In this document: in pieces, positions 26,037 to 37,829 of the stretch
Numbering within the stretch: the first letter of the stretch is position 1
Layout of the letters: each line of letters starts with the position of its first letter
Source of the DNA: Albugo candida
Taxonomy: Eukaryota
Reading direction: 5' to 3'
Assembly: GCA_040437565.1 (NCBI GenBank)
Contig: JBDOQK010000010.1
Span: 124,001 to 188,000, forward strand
Length of the DNA stretch: 64,000 nucleotides
The notes under the pieces: generated by a model
Seen by the model: the letters and a program-made list of their open reading frames with translations, nothing else
Databases searched by the model: none
Told to the model about the DNA's origin: nothing
Program-made: the position numbers and the translations under genes

Positions 26037-27829
26037 CTATTTTGTTCGCAACACGCCCGCCGCCATCAATTTCTCAATCTTGGCCATAATGTCAGGGTTC
26101 TGTAGATGCCGCTGAGCGCTCTGTGGGTCGGTTTGAAAGTCGCCCAATACATTTTGCATCACGGGATCCGATAGAATGCTTCGAATCTCCGGATCGGCCA
26201 AGCCGTGGGCTTCACGTTCAGCATCGCTCCCTCCGCTGTTGATATTCATAATCACGTTTTGCAGACCGTCTTTGCATTCCTGGCTATTCGGATCAATCTC
26301 AAGTCCTTTCATGTACGTTTCTCTAGCTTTGTGGTATTCCTTCATGAAGAATTGGATCGCACCCATCCGACTGTACGCTTTGACATACTTTGGGTCTAAT
26401 TCGATGGCTTTCTCACAATCGCGTTTAGCTTCCAAAAACGAAGTGAGCTTGGTGTATGCCGCTCCTCGGTTTGCGTAATACACCGCGTTTGTCGGATCTC
26501 TTCGGATTGCCTCACTGTACCTCTCCACAGCTTTTGGGAAATCTCCTCCTTTGAAGAACTCATTACCTTCGTTTTTGGCGATCAAACCTTTCTCCACATC
26601 GATATACGCTAATTCCTTTGCTTTCTTTAGTTTTTGGTGAAGCAATTTGATCTTTTTATCGATTTCTTTGGTCCGATTTTCCATTTGGGCGCACTCATAC
26701 GCGTCAATGGCAGCCTCAAGATTTTCATCCGTCTCTCCTTTCTTTAAGTGCGCATTTCCGATTCGAACATACGCTTTGGCGATCAACGCGTAGTCTGCTC
26801 GATTCTCTCGACCGACTTCGATAGCTTTCCTGGGGAATGACTGTGACACACGATATCTGAATAAAATTTATAGATTGACGTACTTGCAGTCATTGATACA
26901 CGCATCAAAATCCTTGAGTTCCAAATACACTGCAGCGCGATTTGTGTAATACGATAAATTGGCAGAGTCAATTTCGATCGCTTCATTGTAGCAATCGATA
27001 GCCTCTGTGAATTTCTTCTCTTTGTAAAGTGCGTTTCCTCGATTTTTTGCTTCATCGGCTTTTTTGCGTTTTTGCTTAACTGCTATTTCCTCTTCTGTCA
27101 AATCATCTTCCATCGGCTCCGGTTCAGACGTTGCATTGGTTGTGTTTCCATTCGATTGTGGTGGAGCTGACTGCGATGTAGGAGGTGTGTACGACGGGTC
27201 ACCAGTTGTGCTCAGATTCAGACCCATCAACTCACCAAAGACATTCATAACCCGTGGGTCCTGTAAGTGCGCACTAATTTTGGAAGGATCACTTTGGATT
27301 TCTTGCATTTTTTGTAGAAAACTAGGATCACTCAAATAGGACGAGATCCTAGGATTCGTAGCGATTTTCGCAAACATATCGGGACCAAAAGCACTCGCAA
27401 ATGGATTGTTGGTTGCCGCTGATTTTGCTTTGACAACTTCATCCTTTCCAGTAAGACACGCGCCGTTCGTGGGTTCAAACTCGAGTCCCTTTTCGAAAGC
27501 TGCGATCGCGTCATCGTACTGCCTCTGCGCATGCAGCGCAGCACCTTTACGAGCGTATCCTTTTGCCCAGTCGGATTTACGATTGATACATTCCTCCGCA
27601 TCTTTCAATGCGTTCTCATGATCGTTAAGAGATAAGTACGCCGCCGATCGGTTTGAATAAAACACATGATCGGACGGATTGATCTCAATGGCTTTCGTGT
27701 AGCAATCAATTGCTTCTTTCGGGTTTCCCGCACTTAATGCCGCATTTCCTTTCGTTTTCCACTCGTCTGCCTACACACAACTTTCTCACTCAGAAACAAA
27801 CAACATATCGCTACTCAACAAAGTACCAT
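26037..27829 (-). CDS. STI1: Hsp70-Hsp90 organising protein STI1/HOP (TPR1-DP1-TPR2A-TPR2B-DP2); 3 exons
   Basis: 'ADEWKTKGNAAL', 'YSNRSAAY', DP repeats, 'KNRGNALYK', 'KNEGNEFFK', 'DPEIRSILSDPVMQ...KLMAAGV'. The first coding exon is the ATG alone (27827-27829), followed by intron 27771-27826. Confidence 0.95.
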
Positions 27830-27906
27830 CACAACACACTTGCAAATCTTTCTGTGAAAGAAATACCGTTCCACCAGTGAAATAAAACCAAACGATAAAA
27901 ACACAA

Positions 27907-27950
27907 ATTCTCGAATTCTCTCGAATACAATTCTCGAATTCTTTCGAATA
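27907..27950 (-). promoter_or_regulatory. Putative tandem heat-shock elements (inverted nGAAn arrays) upstream of STI1
   Basis: aTTCtcGAAttCTCtcGAAt and aTTCtcGAAttCTTtcGAAt, in a ~23-bp direct repeat lying 80-120 bp upstream of the STI1 ATG. Confidence 0.65.
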
Positions 27951-28076
27951 CAATCCTACTTCCATATTCAAATTCAATTGGTCCATACAACCCTACCTCC
28001 AAAACTACGTACCCTACTCCTAAACAATACCCTAAGATCAAAACCAAAAGGAGATAAAAACACACAGGTACTGCAC

Positions 28077-31000
28077 CTAATTGGCGCCTTCCGCTACCGC
28101 CAAATTGCTTTCATAATAAAATTGCCACAATTGCACGAATACGACCACAAACACCAGCAGCAGCGATCCAAACACATTCGCTGTGAACGTCGCTGACGTA
28201 TGATCCCAGCCGCAGTACTCCGTAATGCTCATTTTCACCATTGGATACAAATTTCCCATTACCCAAAAGCCGAAAAACATTGCCGACACATAATTCCACG
28301 GACTCGTTGCATTTTCGTACTGGAAAAACCGAACGAGTGCCACTACTTCACTGACGGCGATCGTGAAGAACATGAGCACATTAGGAATCTCTGTCCACGA
28401 CGTCTTTTGCCCCGCGCCCGTGTTGGCCCACGATTTGTCTTTGCCAGTAATCCGAGCTTGCACCGCTTCACAAATGGCCAATAAAGTGATAAACGAGTAC
28501 GAGAACCACGTTTGTTGTGCACGCCATACATCATTGTTATCGACAGCTCGATTCGCAAGTAGATTGAGCATCCAACGAGCAAGCATCACCGGTAGAAAAG
28601 AGTACAGCAATTTGTTCCCTTTGGCGTAAATGGGAGCGTCTCCAGTACAAAGGTAGAAAATAGCAATCACCACGTAACAAAGCGCTGGAATCGATCCGAA
28701 TGGGTACAACACCGAGTCGTAAAAGAACATTTGACGTGGGAATTCCAAATTCGGCTTTGGATCGGGTGCTGGAACGCGAGGTGGACGCCAATCGGGATCG
28801 ACTTCCGATACATTTCTCATAAGAAGAATCTGAATCGCGCCTTTTGCCCATCGTTTCTTCTGTCCCATTGACGCCGCAACCGTCTCGGGAATCGCTCCTT
28901 CACATAAGCGAATTCGATCTTTCACATCGCCTTCGAAATCTTTTCGGAAATAAACGGAATCCCATCCTGCTTTATGCATCACATTCCCCGTATACGCGTC
29001 TTCCGTTTGTGTTCCATATTGAATTCCGCCAATGGAATCAAACGCTTGCCGACGGAAAACAGCATTCGTACCAGCAAACGCCGCAGAATCGAATCCATCA
29101 CGTCCACACTGAACCGCATCAAAAAAGATGGTATTCTTATGTCCACACGGATCGCCCATAAGTGTCAATTGCGGCGTATCTTCGAAATATTGAGGTGTTT
29201 GGACATACGCGACTTGATTCCATGAGATATCGTCCGAGTATTGTCTTCCTCCGCCGTCTAAACACTCGCCTTCCGAGAAGAAAAATGGGATTACTGCTTG
29301 CATGAATTTCGGATGAGGTTTCATATCGTTATCCAAAATCAGAATATACTTTCCATCGGCTCCTTCATTGAACAGCGCATTGTTGATATTCCCAGCTTTC
29401 GAGTGATGTGTCTCGGGTTTCATTCGACCGACAAACGTGACACGCGGAATTCCACGATCGCGATAGTCGTAGTCGTCGGAGAGAGATCCAACCGCACAAT
29501 CGCGTCGTTGTACGCCTCTTCCTCCATCTTTCTTGAGCTCACGCACGGACGAATGTTGTCGTCTCCATGTCTTTAAGACCGCGTCATCGTCGACGGGACC
29601 AATGACACGCTCGTGCATCGTACGTGCTACTTCGCTGCGTAAATCACCGGCAATTTCAATGACTTTTGTGTTGACAGTCACCTTGAAATGATTATTCGCA
29701 TCCCAAACTGATTTTGTGTACCCGTCATCGAGTACGAAAATATGGATCAATTCTGGGGGATACTGTAATGCCAAACAATTTCGAAGTGTTCTCATGCTAT
29801 CGACCACCGGCTCCATATAATGACACAGAAACACGTCGACAGTCGGCCATTGTTCGCGTGGAAGTGGAGGCTTGAAATCGTTCAGAAATCGAGCGCCACG
29901 ACGGATCGGTCGCCACATACTGAAATTGTATAGCATTCCCAGAAAGAAATTGAGAAATTCAGAGAATGCCAACATTACAAATACAATCCACGGACCCGAC
30001 GGAGTGTTTTGGATGCAGTATCCTTCCTGTGAGACGATATCGAAATTTTTGGTCGATGGAAAACAATGCTCACGTACGGCGGATGGGAGTTTGCTGCATG
30101 GAAGTGTGGGCGCTTGTTTGGAACACGCGTATTCCTGTGGGTAGAATCCCACTAAGAAGTACAGCCACCATAACCCTGTGACCGCGGAAGCAAAGTAGAC
30201 CACATGGAAGACCCCGGACCCTGACATTTTNNNNNNNNNNNNNNNNNNNNNNNNNNNNNNNNNNNNNNNNNNNNNNNNNNNNNNNNNNNNNNNNNNNNNN
30301 NNNNNNNNNNNNNNNNNNNNNNNNNNNNNNCCACCATAACCCTGTGACCGCGGAAGCAAAGTAGACCACATGGAAGACCCCGGACCCTGACATTTTATAC
30401 TTTCGAATATTGGGTGTTTCCACGGGTTCTGCTGCGCGATTTGCCATGGAGTATGTACTCATTGCAAACGACCGAAACGATGGTTCGTAATATGTGTTCT
30501 GACGAGCCATACTGTCGTTGTATCCACGCATTTTGCCATCCGCGTCCTGAACGCCGCCATCGATAAATCGAATGGATCGACCTTCCTTAATACTGTCCCC
30601 TTTGGCTAATTTAGGGTCTACAAATGATGTGGTGGAGAGGTATGGACGATGTGGAACTTGTTGCCATCTTTCTGGGACATTCGTTTGGTTGTTCATGGAC
30701 ACCGATGGCATTTGAGCTTGAGAGATCGAGACATTGGCGTCTACGTCTTCAGATGGCATTGCTTCGCCACATTCTGTGCAGAAAACAGTTCCATTTGGAA
30801 CGGTAGCGAAGCAGTTCTCACACACCAATCGTACACGATCTAAGGGAATTTGAGCATGTAGTGTGGCACCTGCTGGTAATTCAGGTAACGTTTCCTCCAA
30901 TGGTCCTAGTTTGGCGTGAGATCCGATTTTATTGTAACATAAGAGTCCCCAACGCATTGCTAATTGGTGTCCCATACCCAAAACGAAAAATGCGACCCAG

Positions 31001-31687
31001 AGGAGAAACATAAGAGTGAGTTTCGATGAATTGATGTTTTTGGATGCCATATGACCGCCGTTTTGTATCGAATCGAATGCAATTCCCGCGAGTGTGGCGG
31101 AGTCATCAATGAGGCGAGTAATTCCCTCTGTTATACACCAACTTCCACATAATGAGGAAAAAACCAAATATTTCATCCGATGGCCTTCTAATTGGATGGT
31201 TTTTGAACGAGACACAAAGACCAAAACAAAAATAATTACAAATGCAATCACAAATTCTTGACGTGCCAATTGATTATCGGCAGGAAATAGATGAACGCCG
31301 TTGTGTGCGTCAGAGTATAAGAGGTAGGCAGAAATGAGGCTTCCCGATGCCAATAGGATGAAGAAGCACCCGATAAAGGACAACGAGGCGATGAGGACAC
31401 TGAACACCACACCGCATCCAGCACCAGCGGCTAGAGCGATCCATTCATTCGTATCAGATAATTCCACAATTGCTGCAAAACTCGGAGTGAAACCGCTACA
31501 TAACAGTTATAGTCAGATTGTGTAAGAAACTGTTTGAGGATAAATCTTACAGTGCGAACGCGGAGATGATTTGAGTGCAGACAAAAACAGACCGAGAACT
31601 TGAGGACAAGAGGGACCAACTTGCAAAGCAGGCGACAAGGCCGCAGAGAATGTCAACCACTCCTGCGAACAAATTCGCTGCCGACAT
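28077..31687 (-). CDS. CesA3: Oomycete cellulose synthase 3 (GT2); 2 exons, ~1129 aa after removing the gap artefact
   Basis: 'DDG', 'KAGNIN', 'DND', 'QTPQ', 'QTED' and the QxxRW motif 'QKKRW'. The N-terminus is multi-TM with no PH domain, which is CesA3-type. Exon 1 'MSAANLFAGVVDILCG...' at 31551-31687; intron 31496-31550; a 66-nt overlap flanks the gap at 30231-30330. Confidence 0.92.
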
Positions 31688-34600
31688 AATTCAAGTATTT
31701 GTCCAAGATGTACTCAGTATACTTGAATATAAAGAGTGAAGAACTTGTTAGAAGTGAAATGTACGCTTGTGTAAACTCGAAGCGGTGAAAAGAAAGTGGT
31801 TGATTTTGTAGTGAAAGATTCTGTACCCGGTAATTTACAGTCAGCGGTTTGATTGGTAGCCGAAACGAGTCAGACTTTGGCACCGGCTTCAAGAAGCTAG
31901 GGCTAGGTTTATTACCATAGTACTGCAAGAAAACTCTGGGATTTTCCTATTACTTTCGTATAGGCATTACAGCCAAGGTATGATTTGCTCGTAACAATAC
32001 TCCAGCCTCGTGTGTAGTACAAGCCGCATTAGACCTGATCCGTACTTTCTCTTTCGAAGTGAAAGAGACTCTGCCATTTCTAAACACTTCTTGCGTCCGT
32101 GGGGCAGACAAACAGCTGTTTCTATTTGTGGTTTGATAGTCGATAGCGACTAAGGAGGATAGGTGTGTTTTTTTCCGCGCATTTTTCCTTTACTACGGAA
32201 TAAATAACATTACATTCAAGTAATATATCCTAGTCATGGGGAAAGGTATTTAGTATTTTGAACTCACTCAATCTCCCCACACATAATACATAACACACGT
32301 CGATGCGTCCAAGTCGAATTTTCATTTCTTCCCTCACGCTCTGGCATCTCGATCGTTCCTCAGGGAAAATAGTTCGATGGAATCAGACCTCAAATTATAT
32401 GATATCTGTGGAGACCAAAGGATGGTCCAATTACTTCACAGAAGGCGGCGGTTGTGTCACTTGTCCCTACACGTGCATCAAACCACAAATCGCACCTAAT
32501 GGTGGCCGAATAAATGCAACAAATACAACCATGATGGACTCTTTGCCATCGATCTACACTCAAACCAAAGCAAATGGCTGCTGCTACGCAAGCCCGTCCG
32601 AATCAAAGGTGATGCCGGATTGCGCGAAGGAGGCAAATCCTCCTGAAGCTGAAGCATGTGGCTTTCTTTCTGGGCCGACGCTAAAATGGCGAATCGGAGA
32701 TGCCGCACGACCTGCAAATAAATCTGTGGTACGTACTAGTAATGTGCATTGTATTGTGAATTTGTATGATTTTTGTAATTCCGAATTCAGAATGCAATAC
32801 TGTTTGCGTCAATTGATTGTGAGAGTTTTTGGGCAATCGGACACGAACCGATTCGATATGTGACAACGTCTAAATCAATTAAAGGATCTAAACGGATCGA
32901 TGGTGGATGCTATGGTAATCAAGCTGGAGAAGCGATGGTGTTAGCGGGATGTCTGACGTCCGAAATCAAGTTTGATAAAGCGTTGACATACTCGTGGGAT
33001 AAATTGGCACAAAAGTGTCAAGGAATCAGTGGAATTTGCGCAGTAACGAACGGATTATGGACAGAACATCTCAAATGCTGCACCAAACGGACTGGTGTGA
33101 CGTCTACTTNNNNNNNNNNNNNNNNNNNNNNNNNNNNNNNNNNNNNNNNNNNNNNNNNNNNNNNNNNNNNNNNNNNNNNNNNNNNNNNNNNNNNNNNNNN
33201 NNNNNNNNNACAGACCGAGAACTTGAGGACAAGAGGGACCAACTTGCAAAGCAGGCGACAAGGCCGCAGAGAATGTCAACCACTCCTGCGAACAAATTCG
33301 CTGCCGACATAATTCAAGTATTTGTCCAAGATGTACTCAGTATACTTGAATATAAAGAGTGAAGAACTTGTTAGAAGTGAAATGTACGCTTGTGTAAACT
33401 CGAAGCGGTGAAAAGAAAGTGGTTGATTTTGTAGTGAAAGATTCTGTACCCGGTAATTTACAGTCAGCGGTTTGATTGGTAGCCGAAACGAGTCAGACTT
33501 TGGCACCGGCTTCAAGAAGCTAGGGCTAGGTTTATTACCATAGTACTGCAAGAAAACTCTGGGATTTTCCTATTACTTTCGTATAGGCATTACAGCCAAG
33601 GTATGATTTGCTCGTAACAATACTCCAGCCTCGTGTGTAGTACAAGCCGCATTAGACCTGATCCGTACTTTCTCTTTCGAAGTGAAAGAGACTCTGCCAT
33701 TTCTAAACACTTCTTGCGTCCGTGGGGCAGACAAACAGCTGTTTCTATTTGTGGTTTGATAGTCGATAGCGACTAAGGAGGATAGGTGTGTTTTTTTCCG
33801 CGCATTTTTCCTTTACTACGGAATAAATAACATTACATTCAAGTAATATATCCTAGTCATGGGGAAAGGTATTTAGTATTTTGAACTCACTCAATCTCCC
33901 CACACATAATACATAACACACGTCGATGCGTCCAAGTCGAATTTTCATTTCTTCCCTCACGCTCTGGCATCTCGATCGTTCCTCAGGGAAAATAGTTCGA
34001 TGGAATCAGACCTCAAATTATATGATATCTGTGGAGACCAAAGGATGGTCCAATTACTTCACAGAAGGCGGCGGTTGTGTCACTTGTCCCTACACGTGCA
34101 TCAAACCACAAATCGCACCTAATGGTGGCCGAATAAATGCAACAAATACAACCATGATGGACTCTTTGCCATCGATCTACACTCAAACCAAAGCAAATGG
34201 CTGCTGCTACGCAAGCCCGTCCGAATCAAAGGTGATGCCGGATTGCGCGAAGGAGGCAAATCCTCCTGAAGCTGAAGCATGTGGCTTTCTTTCTGGGCCG
34301 ACGCTAAAATGGCGAATCGGAGATGCCGCACGACCTGCAAATAAATCTGTGGTACGTACTAGTAATGTGCATTGTATTGTGAATTTGTATGATTTTTGTA
34401 ATTCCGAATTCAGAATGCAATACTGTTTGCGTCAATTGATTGTGAGAGTTTTTGGGCAATCGGACACGAACCGATTCGATATGTGACAACGTCTAAATCA
34501 ATTAAAGGATCTAAACGGATCGATGGTGGATGCTATGGTAATCAAGCTGGAGAAGCGATGGTGTTAGCGGGATGTCTGACGTCCGAAATCAAGTTTGATA

Positions 34601-34732
34601 AAGCGTTGACATACTCGTGGGATAAATTGGCACAAAAGTGTCAAGGAATCAGTGGAATTTGCGCAGTAACGAACGGATTATGGACAGAACATCTCAAATG
34701 CTGCACCAAACGGACTGGTGTGACGTCTACTT
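31587..34732. repeat. Apparently identical 1.5-kb direct duplication (31587-33109 = 33210-34732) across a 100-N gap; probable assembly artefact
   Basis: Identical ORF translations at an offset of 1623 bp, with both copies abutting the gap. Confidence 0.85.
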
Positions 34733-35082
34733 GGAATAAAAAGTACAAATTGTACTCTAAACCTGCATCAACAGGAGTGCATTTATCGGGGCCGGCTATC
34801 ACACTCATTGTATTTGGTGGCGTTGGGTTGATGATGTTACTGGTGCATCTCGCAGCTAAAACGCGAGAGCGTGCTCGACAAACTGCTCTATTGCGTGAAC
34901 AAGAAGCTACTGACGATTATGAAGAAATTATGACGCCATTGACGGGAGCCGATAAAGTTCCAGCGCCTGCCGCGTTGCAACGATCTCTTGGTCCGTCTAG
35001 TATTGAGGTGTCTTTACATGAAGGAGATCAGATTTTCAAAAAGAAAGAGGAAGAAGTCTTATTCGAGGGAGACATGTATTAA
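33926..35082 (+). CDS. Cys-rich single-pass membrane protein of unknown function, ~364 aa; 2 exons (partial artefactual copy at 32303-33109)
   Basis: Intron 34352-34413 (GTACGT..TTCAG) joins the two ORFs in frame. N-terminal signal-like segment, many Cys, TM 'ITLIVFGGVGLMMLLVHLAA', acidic cytoplasmic tail. Confidence 0.78.
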
Positions 35083-35725
35083 AGCACTACCGTATGTAAC
35101 AAAAGCGTCTACTCCAATACTTGTTTTTTTCGTACTTTCCACTTGGTATTTTACTATATTAGGAACAATGAGCTGACGCCAGTAATTTATAGTGGCTGGC
35201 GTCTTTAGCACACACCTAACAGCCAAGTCGTTGCTCTACTTTTCCGCACGTATCTGCGATAAATGTAAGTTTGAATTTAAATTCATAAAATATAAATTNN
35301 NNNNNNNNNNNNNNNNNNNNNNNNNNNNNNNNNNNNNNNNNNNNNNNNNNNNNNNNNNNNNNNNNNNNNNNNNNNNNNNNNNNNNNNNNNNNNNNNNNAA
35401 ATTACTTGCAGAAGAGACAGCTGCAAACGAGCTAAACAATTTTGCCTCGACAAGGACAGGTCACACCTGAATAGTGTGCACCGCAGTTAATAGCTAGTTT
35501 AGAACGAAACTCGCTACTACTTGACATACTCCAATCGCGCGTATATAAGGTGCATCACTTTATATACCTATGGAAGAAGAAAACTTGTCACAACAGGCTC
35601 TTCACTAAAGATCACTACGGAAAGCAATACTTTCCAGTCAAAGCACGGCTCAGCGGTGGCAGATTTGGAAATATTTCACATTAGAGGTAAGTTATCCGTT
35701 TCGTTTCCGAAAAGAAACGACTCTA

Positions 35726-37372
35726 TCACCGCACATTACTTTTCTTATACCGTGGAGATACATAAACGTGTCGTATTATACCGCCTGACCTGCTTCTCGC
35801 CACCAATTTCCGCTTACGTACAGGCTCGCCATCGATCTCGCCTTTACCTGCTTCTTCTGAACAGTTTCTATCCAATACAACACCGGCCATATCTTCGGCA
35901 AGAGAACTTGATTTCTTTAAATTTCCCATTGCACCCAATCGGTGCCTTCGAACCAAAATTTTATCCAATGTCGAGCGAGATTTTTCATACCGAAGCTTTA
36001 GTGCGGAATGTTCATGTTCAAGCGAAGTGAGCCTCAAAAGCTGTTTATGTTGGCTTTCGACTCTTTCTTCCAAAATACTACGGCGATCGACAAGTGCACT
36101 ATATTGATCCAATTGTCGTTGTATTGCTGACAGAAGATGAGCTGTAGTTCCTTCGCTTTTAAGACGACGCAATGCCTCTTGTTGTTCGTGCTTCAAAGCA
36201 TCTCGCTCTTCGGTGATCTCTTCCAAGTCGAAATGAAGCTTTTCTCCAGCGATCACAAGTCTCCTCTCTTCGTCCTTCCATACCGTTTCCTGTGATATCT
36301 TCCATTTCCTCATTTCGTGATCGCGTGTTCTAGATTGAGTTTCCATCAGCCGAATCAAGTCCGTTTTTTCGAGTTCCAGCTGCATTTTTTGATTTTCCAA
36401 ATGTACGATTCTGTGATCTCGAGCGTTTGATTCTTTTAGTGCGTTGTCTAATTGCTGATTGATGCTCTCAATCAACCTTTCCTTCTCGCTCACTTTTGAA
36501 AGAACCACTTCATAACGTACACTTATGCTCGCAAGCTGTTCCTTCACTTCGAATAATTTGTTTGTTGTCTCTGTCGCAGTAAGTTGCATTTTCTGAGCTT
36601 TCTCAGTAACAACAGCCAATTCTGATGACAAAGCTGCCGTTTGCCCTCGTAATGACGCAGCGTCTTCTAAAGCTTTCTGCAATTCTCTCATCTTTTGATC
36701 GTATTTTTCTCGAGCTATCTCATCAGTATGTTTCGCTTTCTCCGTCAGCGTGTCCAATTCTTTCCTCTGTTCGAGTGCATTTAGCCTCAGCTGCTGTACG
36801 GTCTGATTCAGCGCATGCATATCTATTGCTTTTTCCTGATTCTCATCCTCCAATTTGTATATCAATTCCTCCTGACATTTGACGAGTTTTTCCAAAGTAT
36901 CTTTCTCGCTCTTCCACTCACTCTGCAGATATACCAGCGATTGTTTCTCTTTGGACAAAGAATCTTCCAATCGTGTCACCTCTTTTTGCTTCTCATAGAC
37001 GTCCTGCATGCTTTTCTTCCACGCTTCGTCCAGTTTGCGCAAATTTATTATAGCTTTTTGATACTTTTCCTCTACTGTACGCATTTTTAATGGAAATTGT
37101 CGTATTTGATCTTCTGCGTCTCTCAATTTATCCCGCAAAATGCTGTTTTCTTGCTCTAATTCCATCGTACTCACATCTCCGCCCAAACGTACGCGCAAAC
37201 GTTCCTAATTATAATCATAATTAGTGTGTATTGGTACATAATGATGCAAGCTCACCCTTAGATGCGCGTTTTCCATCTTCAAATTCATTATTTCTCTCTC
37301 TTGTACCTCGAGATGCTTGGAAGGAGACATAATTGATGTATTCTTCCTATTTTCATTCGATATTTTCATCAT
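35726..37372 (-). CDS. Long coiled-coil protein of unknown function, ~531 aa; 2 exons
   Basis: 490-aa E/K/L/Q-rich ORF plus an upstream exon 37256-37372 ('MMKISNE...EREIMNLKMENAHLR'), joined in frame by intron 37205-37255. Confidence 0.75.
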
Positions 37373-37829
37373 GTCGCTACCAATAGCCCAAGTACGAATA
37401 CTGCTGTTCAGATTTGGAATTCAAAACAAATTGCGATCAACTTTTCAAGTTGGATTGGAAGTAATGGCGTGCCACACCAACAATCAAATAGCCGCATATT
37501 ACATACCTAATATCATGTCCATGATAAAATTATCGTCTGCACAGCAAAGTTACCTTTAATTTCATATTCGCGCATCAACCAACGCCTCTGCATGCCGCCA
37601 GTGCAACAACAGAGAAAAGCACCAGCTACGTAAGTTGCGGAGGCTTTGAAGATGTCCTCAAGGCACTTACTCAAAAGTGTTAGGAACGCATTATAAGCTC
37701 GTCATTAAGAACATGAAATTATATCCAATTTAAGGTTCTCAGAAGTAAAATTCAGAATCAATATCTCATGTGAAACATTCTCATCGAATCAATTTCGATG
37801 ATCGCAATTTTCTGAAGATAATATACCCT

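Noticed and set aside
30165-30396. Apparent frameshift or split of CesA3 (likewise myosin at 19338-19481)
   Set aside because: Caused by short overlaps flanking N gaps; the frames are continuous once collapsed.
31587-33109. Second copy of CesA3 exon 1, its promoter and the Cys-rich gene
   Set aside because: Identical to 33210-34732 and ends exactly at a gap; treated as an unmerged contig overlap.
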